A DNA stretch of 36,450 bases, taken from a virus. Its lineage: Duplodnaviria > Caudoviricetes. This document shows, piece after piece, positions 25,944 to 34,711 of this stretch (position 1 is its first letter; each line of letters starts with the position of its first letter). The stretch covers positions 1 to 36,450 of the IMG/VR virus record IMGVR_UViG_3300040985_000910; one strand, written 5' to 3'. Made by a program: the position numbers and the translations under genes. Under the pieces are notes generated by a model. The model did no database searches. It was not told where the DNA came from and saw only the letters and a program-made list of their open reading frames with translations.

Positions 25944-26248
25944 TGAAGGTGTTGGCTTTACTCTGTTTCGGCCTACTCTTGAGTGCATGCGACGGTGAAC
26001 CAATCCGCAGCCTGGTAGTAGTGGAGAAGAATCAGCCCGGGTATATCCAAGTCCCGAAGCTAATCGAGTACGTCATGCTGGAAGCAGATAGGATCTTGGC
26101 TACCTGCGGTCCCGGAGTCCACGGATGCCTGAAGGAGACGGATACTGTGGCTTACATCATATGTGACACGGCTCACGAATTAGAGTGCAAGGCGCACGAA
26201 ATGGATCATATTGTCTACGGACCACTGCATGAAGTTAAAGCGCAGTGA
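25943..26248 (+). CDS. Lipoprotein with HExxH motif
   Basis: Lipobox LLSAC; C-terminal AHEMDHIVYGPLH. Confidence 0.7.
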   Translation: MKVLALLCFGLLLSACDGEPIRSLVVVEKNQPGYIQVPKLIEYVMLEADRILATCGPGVHGCLKETDTVAYIICDTAHELECKAHEMDHIVYGPLHEVKAQ

Positions 26249-26383
26249 TACAATGAGATAAGAATCTCCGCGGGCGATGGTCCGAAACGACCATGCAGAG
26301 CACCTTACCCCGTGGTGTCGCCAAGAACGGGGCTTAATCAACAGATTTAGTTAAGTTAATTCAACTAAACAACTGAGGGAAGA

Positions 26384-26566
26384 ATGAGCAATAAGTACGC
26401 GATGAAGGCTATAGCCGACATTATCCCGCGAGGCGTCAACCCCAGGACGCACTCCGAAGAACAAATAAGCCAACTGAAAGCATCGATTAACGAGTGGGGA
26501 TTCACTAACCCCATCCGGTGGGAAGACTACACAGGGCAGAAGGCGGAGTTACTAGATAATGGGTAG
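26384..26566 (+). pseudogene. ParB-N/DNA methyltransferase gene remnant (in-frame internal deletion)
   Basis: NPRTHSEEQI.QL.ASI.EWGFTNPI (ParB-like N-terminus) joined to RWEDYTG.KA (typical C-terminus of these fusions). Confidence 0.8.
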
Positions 26567-26936
26567 ACCAGAGATACCAATAACAGAGGAACTGTGCCAG
26601 AAGGCGGAAACACTAGCGTCACAGGGTCTTACGATGGAGCAAATCGCCGCTGTTCTCGGGATGGGGTCGACGGCATTGTATGAAAAGCAGGCCAAATATT
26701 CGGAGTTGGCGGAGGCTATAAAGACGGGAAGGCAGAAAGGCATAGCGATTGTGACAAATGCACTCATGGATACAGCCAAGTCAGGGAACGTGGCAGCGCA
26801 GATATTCTACCTAAAGAACCGGGACCGGGTTAACTGGAAGGATAAGCAGGATACAGAGATCACGGGCCCGGACGGCGGGGCTATAATCACCAGGATAGAG
26901 CGAAACATTGTCACTCCTAAGCATTCCGACAGCTGA
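26559..26936 (+). CDS. terS: Terminase small subunit
   Basis: GRP, HTH (GLTMEQIAAVLG), AQIFYLKNR, EITGPDGG; upstream of terL. Confidence 0.85.
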   Translation: MGRPEIPITEELCQKAETLASQGLTMEQIAAVLGMGSTALYEKQAKYSELAEAIKTGRQKGIAIVTNALMDTAKSGNVAAQIFYLKNRDRVNWKDKQDTEITGPDGGAIITRIERNIVTPKHSDS

Positions 26937-28197
26937 AGTATTCGAGCCACTCCTTGAGCCAGCGCCATACAAGGGCGCATGGGGCGGTAGATCATCTGGT
27001 AAGTCTCACTTCTTTGGTGAGAAGTTAATCGATGACAGCCTGTACGAACCTGGATTGCTATCGGTCTGTATACGGGAAGTACAAAGAGCCCTGAAGGAAT
27101 CAGCCAAACGTCTGATAGAAACCAAGCTCAGAACCATGAACCTTGGCGAGAAGGACGGGTTCAAGATATTCAATGAAGTTATCCAGACCCCAGGTGACGG
27201 AATCATTACCTTTCAGGGTATGCAGGACCATAACTCAGAGTCGATCAAGTCACTGGAAGGATACAAGCGCGCATGGGTTGAGGAAGCTCAGACCTTATCA
27301 GCCAGATCCCTTGAGCTATTACGGCCTACTATCAGGGCAGACGGGTCAGAGCTCTGGTTTGGCTGGAACCCACGCAGGAAGGCCGACCCTGTTGACATCA
27401 TGCTGAGGCAAGCGACCTCCTTGCCTACTGGTGCTGTAGTAGTTCGATCAAACTGGCGTGATAACCCATGGTTACCTGAACGCTCTAACACTGAACGCCT
27501 CGACTGTCTGCGGGATAACCCTGACGGCTATGACCACATCTGGGAAGGTGGCTATATCGCTATTACTGAGGGCGCATACTTTGCCTCGGCCATTACGTTG
27601 GCAAGGAAGGAACACAGGATAGGCAATGTTGGTCCGGATCCACTGATGACCATCAGGATATTTGCTGATATCGGTGGCACAGGGGCTAAGGCAGACTCTT
27701 TTTGCTTCTGGGCAGCACAGTTTATCGGGACGGAAATCAGGGTGCTGAAGCACTACGAGGCACAAGGGCAGGACATCGCTGCACACCTGACCTGGCTACG
27801 AGAGCAGGGCTATACCCCGAACAAGGCGCAGATCTGGTTGCCCCATGATGGAAGCACTCAAGATAGGGTGTACAATGTGTCCTATGAAAGCGCTTTTAAA
27901 TCAGCAGGCTATGCAGTTACAGTCATCCCCAATCAAGGCAGAGGAGCGGCCAAGGCTAGAATCGAGGCCGTCCGACGACTATTCCCTTCTGTTAGAATGG
28001 ACGAACAGGAATGCGCTGGAGGTCTTGAAGCACTTGGTTGGTACCACGAAAAGAAAGACGAGCATCGAGGCATCGGCCTGGGGCCTGACCACGATTGGTC
28101 ATCACACTCAGCGGATGCATTCGGTTTGATGTGCGTGGCTTATCAAGCTCCAAAGATTAAAACCCCTCTCACCAGACGGAAGATCAACATCGTATGA
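26908..28197 (+). CDS. terL: Terminase large subunit (PBSX-like)
   Basis: GGRSSGKSH Walker A, WVEEAQ Walker B, NP, DIG, HDWSSHSADAF. Confidence 0.95.
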   Translation: MSLLSIPTAEVFEPLLEPAPYKGAWGGRSSGKSHFFGEKLIDDSLYEPGLLSVCIREVQRALKESAKRLIETKLRTMNLGEKDGFKIFNEVIQTPGDGIITFQGMQDHNSESIKSLEGYKRAWVEEAQTLSARSLELLRPTIRADGSELWFGWNPRRKADPVDIMLRQATSLPTGAVVVRSNWRDNPWLPERSNTERLDCLRDNPDGYDHIWEGGYIAITEGAYFASAITLARKEHRIGNVGPDPLMTIRIFADIGGTGAKADSFCFWAAQFIGTEIRVLKHYEAQGQDIAAHLTWLREQGYTPNKAQIWLPHDGSTQDRVYNVSYESAFKSAGYAVTVIPNQGRGAAKARIEAVRRLFPSVRMDEQECAGGLEALGWYHEKKDEHRGIGLGPDHDWSSHSADAFGLMCVAYQAPKIKTPLTRRKINIV

Positions 28198-30299
28198 CGC
28201 TATCCACGACCCAGATAGAGAACATCATAGGCGGCGAAGAGGGCGGCGCTATTGGCTTTCTTGGCGGCGGATCAGAGTTCGAGAAGAAGCGCACCAGGTT
28301 GCTTGAGTTTTACAATCAGGAGCCATTCGGTGATGAGGTAGAAGGCGAGTCTCAGGTAGTGACCTCAGACGTTCAGGATGTAGTTGAATCCATGCTCCCA
28401 TCGATCCTCCGGTTATTCATCCAGCGCAAACAGATAGCGGTATTTGAATCAGACACTGTCGAGGGCGAGAAAGAAGCGGAGGAGAAGACCCGCTATGCAA
28501 ACTGGGTCTTCTTCAAGCAGAACAAGGGCGGGTTAATCCTGCATTCAATGATCAAGGATGCTCTGTTGCAATACACGGGCATGGTCAAGGTGTTCCCTGA
28601 TGAGAGCGAGACACGAATACCCAAGAACTTCAAAGGTCTGGACCGGTTAGAGCTCGCCAAACTACGCGCTCAAGATGATTTCAAGATAGAGGAAGAAGGC
28701 GAGGAAGAGGAGCCAAGTGTTGATGGCAACCCCTTGTTCTTTGCCAAAGGATTTCAGATAGGCAAGACCAAGAAGATAGGCCTAGTCAACATCCCGCCAG
28801 AAGAAATGCTGATTAACGATGATGCCCGAGACTTTGAGAGGCCTCGATTCATTGGCCACCGGACACCAAAGACCCGCTCGGCGCTGGTTGAGATGGGCTT
28901 TGATAAGGACGTGGTCTATGGCCTGCCTGCGAACGAGGGTACATTGACGACAGATGAGGGCGCGATAGTCAGGCGCTTACAGTTTGCCCCTGAGAATAGC
29001 CGGGACAACTCTGACCCATCCCAGGAAGAGATATGGCTCGGTGAGTATTACATGCCCATCGATGTCAATGAGGACGGAGTTGCCGAGTATTACAAGCTGT
29101 TCTATGCCGGTAGTAAGTTGATCAAGGCGCCAGAAGCGGTTGATGATCATCCCTTTGGTGTTGCCGTCCCTATCCCCATGCCTCATGTGGCTATTGGCTC
29201 ATGTCCTGCAGAACAGACAGCAGACATCCAGCAGACCAAATCAGCCCTTATTCGGCAGATGAACAACAACGTATACCAGAACAACTACGGTGGTCATGCG
29301 GTCAATGAGAACGTAGAGCTTGATGACCTGTTAACTCCAAGAGCCGCGATGGTTGTACGAACGAATAGCTCTGGACCGGTAGGCAATGACATCATGCCAC
29401 TGGTTACGCCTCCGATTATCGGCGAGATCCTTGCAGCTGTAGAGTATTGGGATAGCGCCCGAGAGGTCCGAACCGGTGTTACACGCCACAACCAGGGTCT
29501 AGACGCTGACAGCCTGAACAAGACGGCTACAGGGTTCAAAGGCATGATGGACGCATCTCAGCAGCGCATGTACTTACAAGCTGTACTGATGAGCCTGAAC
29601 GGTATCACGCAGTTGATGGAAAAGATCATCAAGCTCGCCGGTCGGCACCAGAACGAAAAGACCCAGATACGTATATTTGGCGAGGTCATAGACATTGACC
29701 CGATGAGTTGGTCTGAGAACCTGCGCTGTGAGGTTGACGTTGGTATCGGAGTCGGTGATCGGAACGAGAAGATCCAAAACCTGTTCACACTGTATCAGGA
29801 GCAGAAGCAGTTGAAGGCTGCGGGGTCGGCAATGACCGATGAGAGCAAGATGTTCGCCTCCCTCGACGAGATAGTGGTCGAGATTGGGTTGAAGGACGGC
29901 AGTAAATACTTCAACGATACCAGCAAGCCAGACGAAACCCTGAAGGCAGAGAACGAGTACCTGCAGCAAGTCACTGAGCAATTAGGCCAACAGAACCCAC
30001 TAGCCGAGGCTGAACAGGTCAAGGCAGACGCTGCTATGGCTATCAAGCAGGCTGACCAAGAGGCACGACTACAGGAATTGTTGGTCAAGATAGAGCAAGC
30101 CCGGGCAGATTCAGCGCAGCAAGCCGATGAATTTCAAAAAGAGATGCTGTTTAAACTGACCGAGCTCGAAGCGAAGACTGGTGTGGACGTTCCTGGATCT
30201 TCCATTGGCTCAGACGCTGACTTTGTTTATGATCCACAGACGGGGAGGATTCGTGCCAACGCTACAACTGGGCAACAAGAAAATAGCCTTCCCGCGTAA
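28194..30299 (+). CDS. Portal protein
   Basis: 701 aa after terL; SQVVTSDV.D.VE, KDALLQ..G.VK, RTGV....QG, TATG. Confidence 0.93.
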   Translation: MTLSTTQIENIIGGEEGGAIGFLGGGSEFEKKRTRLLEFYNQEPFGDEVEGESQVVTSDVQDVVESMLPSILRLFIQRKQIAVFESDTVEGEKEAEEKTRYANWVFFKQNKGGLILHSMIKDALLQYTGMVKVFPDESETRIPKNFKGLDRLELAKLRAQDDFKIEEEGEEEEPSVDGNPLFFAKGFQIGKTKKIGLVNIPPEEMLINDDARDFERPRFIGHRTPKTRSALVEMGFDKDVVYGLPANEGTLTTDEGAIVRRLQFAPENSRDNSDPSQEEIWLGEYYMPIDVNEDGVAEYYKLFYAGSKLIKAPEAVDDHPFGVAVPIPMPHVAIGSCPAEQTADIQQTKSALIRQMNNNVYQNNYGGHAVNENVELDDLLTPRAAMVVRTNSSGPVGNDIMPLVTPPIIGEILAAVEYWDSAREVRTGVTRHNQGLDADSLNKTATGFKGMMDASQQRMYLQAVLMSLNGITQLMEKIIKLAGRHQNEKTQIRIFGEVIDIDPMSWSENLRCEVDVGIGVGDRNEKIQNLFTLYQEQKQLKAAGSAMTDESKMFASLDEIVVEIGLKDGSKYFNDTSKPDETLKAENEYLQQVTEQLGQQNPLAEAEQVKADAAMAIKQADQEARLQELLVKIEQARADSAQQADEFQKEMLFKLTELEAKTGVDVPGSSIGSDADFVYDPQTGRIRANATTGQQENSLPA

Positions 30300-31956
30300 C
30301 GTATCACAAGAGAGGGCGAAGCAGATACTGGATCTGGAGAAGCAGAGAGCCAAGCAGTTAGCTGACTTTATTGACCGGCCTGACTACTACTCCACCGGCC
30401 TAAGCTCTATGGAGGACATCAAGTCTGCTGCCGCCACTGCTATACAAGTTCCGCCGATTATAGGCGACATCGCCGGACTAGCGATGGATATGGACATGTA
30501 CGCAAATGATCCTGATTCACACACTTGGTACAACTATCTTTTCACTGCTGCTGGCATCCTTCCGGGGATACCTGCGGCTAGTTCGGTTAATCGGGCTATG
30601 AAGAAGATTAGGGCGTACCACGGGACTGCAGGCGATATTAAGAAGTTCGACCCTGCCATGAGGGGGTCAAACACCAAAGCGAAAAGCGCAAAAGAGGCTT
30701 TCTGGTTTGTAGATGATCCGGAGGTCGCCGGAGGTTATGCGAGAATGGCGGCAGAGGATGCCCCCGTCCAAAAACTTATAGACAAGTCATGGGAAGCAGA
30801 AAGGCGCGGAGACTGGGATGAGGCGCACAGGCTCATGGTAGAGGCGGAAGATTTAGAACAGTCAGGGAAGTTGATAGGCGGCGGCGGTCAGAATATTGTC
30901 CCTGTTGACCTCGATGCTACAGACATGATGGTAGTCGATGCTGATGGCGCGTCTATGTCAGACCTTGACGATGGGCAACTTGCTACATGGGTAGAAGAAG
31001 CTAAAGCGGCAGGCAAGCGAGGGCTTAAAATAGACAACTTCTCTGATAACGCTGACTATGGGAAGTACATCCCTGCTACACATTATGCAGTCTTTGACCC
31101 AAGCGACATAAAACCGGCATACAGAAAGAAAGGAATAACCGCCTACCACGGCTCCCCCCACGACTTCGACGAATTCAAGATGTCCCAGATAGGCACAGGC
31201 GAGGGGGCGCAGGCTTATGGTCATGGGTTGTACTTTGCTGAGAGTGAGGATGTGGCTAGGCAATACAAGAGCCAGCTATCCAACGCCCTAAGGGACAAAA
31301 GCGGGGCGGTTGTCCCGATAAACGAGAATGACGCCGCTGAGGTCATGGCTCGTGAGGTATTAATGAGCAAGGGCGATTACCCTGAAGCTATGGACAGCCT
31401 CAAGCAACGGTTGGACGCTGGTTTTTCTGACGAACTCTTCGGGGCTAAAACTCAGTCCGTTCTGGAAGACTGGCAATCAAGAGGATTAAAGCCGGAAGGC
31501 TCCATGTACCAAGTAGAAATAGACGCCACCCCCGATGAATTCCTGGACTGGGATAAGCCGCTGAGTGAGCAGAGTGAGGCTATCAGGAAGGTGGCGGCTG
31601 ACAATAGGTTAGAGAAGTCACAATCCGGCCTGAAAGAAAACACAGGCGCAGGGCTTTACCAGTCATTAGGCCAAAGAAACGCGGGGGCAGACTTTGATTC
31701 ATCCTCGCTAAGGGGCGCAGACATCCACGCGAACCCCGTTCTACAAAAGGCAGGCATCAAAGGCATCCGCTACAAAGACGGATTCTCCAGAGGAGCAGAA
31801 GGCGGTACATCCAATTATGTCGTATTCGACGATAGGCTAATCAGCATATCCAAGAGATACGGCATAGCAATACCCGCAGCAGCAGCGCTGTTAGCGAAGG
31901 AATCGGGCGAGGACACATCAGGCACATTCAAGGCAATAGGGGGTGATGAGATATGA
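30253..31956 (+). CDS. Polyvalent-type protein: pre-toxin-TG-like segment plus two tandem ADP-ribosyltransferase-like (ART-PolyVal-like) domains
   Basis: GTG 30253 with ggagg RBS; YHGT..FD...FWF...VA..YA...YAVFDP and YHGSPH.FD.F....GTGEG.QAYG.GLYFA...NYVVFD. Confidence 0.75.
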   Translation: MPTLQLGNKKIAFPRNVSQERAKQILDLEKQRAKQLADFIDRPDYYSTGLSSMEDIKSAAATAIQVPPIIGDIAGLAMDMDMYANDPDSHTWYNYLFTAAGILPGIPAASSVNRAMKKIRAYHGTAGDIKKFDPAMRGSNTKAKSAKEAFWFVDDPEVAGGYARMAAEDAPVQKLIDKSWEAERRGDWDEAHRLMVEAEDLEQSGKLIGGGGQNIVPVDLDATDMMVVDADGASMSDLDDGQLATWVEEAKAAGKRGLKIDNFSDNADYGKYIPATHYAVFDPSDIKPAYRKKGITAYHGSPHDFDEFKMSQIGTGEGAQAYGHGLYFAESEDVARQYKSQLSNALRDKSGAVVPINENDAAEVMAREVLMSKGDYPEAMDSLKQRLDAGFSDELFGAKTQSVLEDWQSRGLKPEGSMYQVEIDATPDEFLDWDKPLSEQSEAIRKVAADNRLEKSQSGLKENTGAGLYQSLGQRNAGADFDSSSLRGADIHANPVLQKAGIKGIRYKDGFSRGAEGGTSNYVVFDDRLISISKRYGIAIPAAAALLAKESGEDTSGTFKAIGGDEI

Positions 31957-32255
31957 CCAAAGACGAGAAGATGGCGCAGGTGGCCAGACTAGAAGCAGTC
32001 AGGAATGACGGTGGACGCGCGGCGCAGATCATTAAAGACCCCGTTGTGGTTGCGGCACTTGGCGAAATGCGTCAAACTTTGGTCAAGAACTTAGAATCAT
32101 CACCCTGGCATGCACATAAAGAACGTCAGGAGATATACAGAATGCTCAAGACTATCGGACATTTTGAGCACTTATTTGAACGGCGAATCAATGACGGCAA
32201 ATTTGCACAAGGCAAGTTAAGCCAATTGATTAACAAAGTGAGAGGACGAGCATAA
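31953..32255 (+). CDS. Conserved head-region hypothetical protein
   Basis: 100 aa; W....ERQEIY motif; immediately before scaffold. Confidence 0.7.
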   Translation: MTKDEKMAQVARLEAVRNDGGRAAQIIKDPVVVAALGEMRQTLVKNLESSPWHAHKERQEIYRMLKTIGHFEHLFERRINDGKFAQGKLSQLINKVRGRA

Positions 32256-33139
32256 TGGCAGGAGAAGCCCAAGTACAACACGATGGGGCCCAGTCGGTCC
32301 GCGAAGTAGCGAACATTTTAGGTACAACACCGGAGCCTGAACAGCCAACCGGTGCCACGCAAGACGTTGAGAATAATCAGGAACTGAAGAAAACACCTCC
32401 CGGTGACAATGACTCAGGCCCGCGACGATTCACAGCGAAGTTAGGCGATCAAGACGTTGTATTTGATCTGATTACGGAAGGCGTCGATCCAAGTCTGGTG
32501 TCTAAGGGCATGATGTTTGAGAACGACTACCGCAAGAAAACGGCGGAAGTGGCAGAGAATCGCCGCGCTGCTGAGAGCAGGATGACCGAGTTAGTGGAAG
32601 CATTAGATGATGCCAAATCACTGCTTGAAATGGATTTGGATGCGTTAGAGGCCAATACAGAGCTCAAAGACCTCGACCCAGAAGAATACGTCAAACAGCT
32701 TGATGCAATTACAGCCAGAACGAAGAAATACAATGATCGAAGGACGCAGTTAAGCGCAGAGCAAGCGACGAAGGCGGAACAGAACCGCGCGACTCAACAG
32801 CAACTACTTAGCGACGCTATTCCTGATTGGCTCGATGAAGCTGTAAAGGATTCCGACATTAAACTCATGGTTAAGGCCATGGATTCAGTCGGGTTTGATA
32901 CAGAGGGAATCGGGGGAATCGACGATCATAAGGTGTTTCTACTTGCGAGAAAGGCCGCGAAGTATGATGAGATCATGGGCAAGGACCTGAAAGCCAAAGA
33001 AGAGAACAATGCCGGTATAACACTCAAGCCGGGCGCTGCGAAAGGCGATAAATCGGGTGAACAAATTACAGCGGCTCGTGAGAGACTTAAGACAGGCGGA
33101 AGGGTTTCAGACCTCGCTGATGTCTTTGCGGGACGTTAA
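32255..33139 (+). CDS. Capsid scaffolding protein
   Basis: DYRKKTAEVA, coiled-coil, IPDW, ARERLKTGG; upstream of capsid. Confidence 0.85.
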   Translation: MAGEAQVQHDGAQSVREVANILGTTPEPEQPTGATQDVENNQELKKTPPGDNDSGPRRFTAKLGDQDVVFDLITEGVDPSLVSKGMMFENDYRKKTAEVAENRRAAESRMTELVEALDDAKSLLEMDLDALEANTELKDLDPEEYVKQLDAITARTKKYNDRRTQLSAEQATKAEQNRATQQQLLSDAIPDWLDEAVKDSDIKLMVKAMDSVGFDTEGIGGIDDHKVFLLARKAAKYDEIMGKDLKAKEENNAGITLKPGAAKGDKSGEQITAARERLKTGGRVSDLADVFAGR

Positions 33140-33148
33140 GGAAAAAAC

Positions 33149-34126
33149 ATGGCTGTTCCAACTAATACCCAAACGACATACACGGCAATCGGTGAGCGTG
33201 AAGACCTCAGTGATCGCATCTGGGAAATTTCCCCAACAGAAACCCCATTCTGCTCTAACATTGCCCGCGAATCTGCGAGCGGTGTGTTCCACGAATGGCA
33301 GACGGACTCACTGGCAGCCGCGGCTACCAATGCAAACATCGAGGGCGATTCCGCCACATCCAAGGCTCAGGCGGTTACTGTACGGATTGGTAACTACCTG
33401 CAGATCCTGGATAACACTGTTCAGGTATCAGGCACGATTCGCGCAGTAGATACGGCTGGACGTTCTGACGAGTTCTCATATCAGACTGCAAAGGCTGGTC
33501 GAGAGTTGAAGCGTGACATCGAGTACGCATGCGTTCGTAATCAGGCATCGTCTGCTGGTGGCGTCGGTACTGCTCGAGCATTGGCAGGTGTTGAAGGCTG
33601 GTTGGCTTCCAACAGAACCCACGCAAATGCGGGTACTGCGACAATCTCCACGACTCCAGGCTTCTCCGGTTCGACTGTCGTATCTCCAACAGACGGCACG
33701 ACTCCCGGCGCTTTCACTGAGAACGACCTGAAGGTCGTTATTCAGGCGGCTTGGAACGCTGGTGGCTCACCGGATACGATCATGGTCGGCCCATTCAACA
33801 AACGTGCGGTATCGGCGTTTGCTGGTGTTGCTGCACTGCGGTCCAATGTCGGACAAGGTGACGGCCCTGCGACTATCATCGCTGCCGCTGACGTGTACCA
33901 GAGTGACTTTGGTGCGCTTCGCATTGTGCCTAACCGCTTCAGCAGGGATAGAACAGCGCTGGTCCTCGACATGGAAATGTGGGCGATTGGTGAATTGCGC
34001 GGTATGCAACTGACTCCTCTGGCGAAAGATGGCGACTCGGATAAGGCTCAACTGCTTACTGAGTTAACGCTGATCTCTCGTAATGAGGCGGCTTCAGGAA
34101 AAATTACCGACATAACGAGCGCTTAG
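33149..34126 (+). CDS. Major capsid protein (DUF5309/SU10-like)
   Basis: GEREDLSD.I..ISPTETPF, HEWQTDSL, NYLQI, ELKRDIE, YQSDFG. Confidence 0.93.
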   Translation: MAVPTNTQTTYTAIGEREDLSDRIWEISPTETPFCSNIARESASGVFHEWQTDSLAAAATNANIEGDSATSKAQAVTVRIGNYLQILDNTVQVSGTIRAVDTAGRSDEFSYQTAKAGRELKRDIEYACVRNQASSAGGVGTARALAGVEGWLASNRTHANAGTATISTTPGFSGSTVVSPTDGTTPGAFTENDLKVVIQAAWNAGGSPDTIMVGPFNKRAVSAFAGVAALRSNVGQGDGPATIIAAADVYQSDFGALRIVPNRFSRDRTALVLDMEMWAIGELRGMQLTPLAKDGDSDKAQLLTELTLISRNEAASGKITDITSA

Positions 34127-34135
34127 CACTGTGGT

Positions 34136-34180
34136 ATAATGGCACCTTGTCGAACTGGCTTGGTGCCATTATTTTAATTT
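34136..34180 (+). terminator. Stem-loop after the capsid gene (probable terminator), overlapping a TGnTATAAT element
   Basis: ataatggcacc (34136-46) / ggtgccattat (34162-72) 11-bp stem, then tttaattt. Confidence 0.6.
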
Positions 34181-34191
34181 AGGAGGTTTAA

Positions 34192-34380
34192 GTGGCAACT
34201 AAAGAGCAGTTAGAGGACACCATTGTAGAGCTTCAACTGGACCTGGATAAGAAAGAGCGGCAGGTTAAAAGCAGAGACAGAACGATTAAGAAGTTAAGGG
34301 CTCAGGACGAGTCTGGTGGTGCACAGGAAAGGTTGGATCGAATTATCCAGCGTTATCCCCGGTGTGCCGGTGTCGAATAA
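34192..34380 (+). CDS. Small coiled-coil protein
   Basis: RBS aggaggt; GTG start. Confidence 0.65.
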   Translation: MATKEQLEDTIVELQLDLDKKERQVKSRDRTIKKLRAQDESGGAQERLDRIIQRYPRCAGVE

Positions 34381-34711
34381 GCGCCTATTAGAGTTCGACC
34401 CCTTCAGTCGTATCAGCACATTCCACGAATACGACCATGAAACCAAGGTTACAACGCTCACCACTACCTGTGACGTGGCGCCTATCCTTGAGCAAAACAA
34501 ACGCGAATATAACGATGTAGACCAGAAGAAGATTGGCCTGAAGGCTGAGATGCTCAAGGTTGCGTCCATCCCTATGGCGGTCATTGAGAAGTGGCGCATT
34601 GAGGACGGTATCGATGTATTCAACAAGAACCACGCAGGAGCCGTTGAGCGCAAGCTGAATGATCCCGAGTGGAGATTCCTACGGACAGCCCCAGGGAGGG
34701 TGAAAATGTAA
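34370..34711 (+). CDS. Conserved post-capsid hypothetical protein
   Basis: DVAPILEQNK, VASIP..VIEKW, LNDPEWRFLRT; start uncertain (34316-34370). Confidence 0.75.
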   Translation: MSNKRLLEFDPFSRISTFHEYDHETKVTTLTTTCDVAPILEQNKREYNDVDQKKIGLKAEMLKVASIPMAVIEKWRIEDGIDVFNKNHAGAVERKLNDPEWRFLRTAPGRVKM

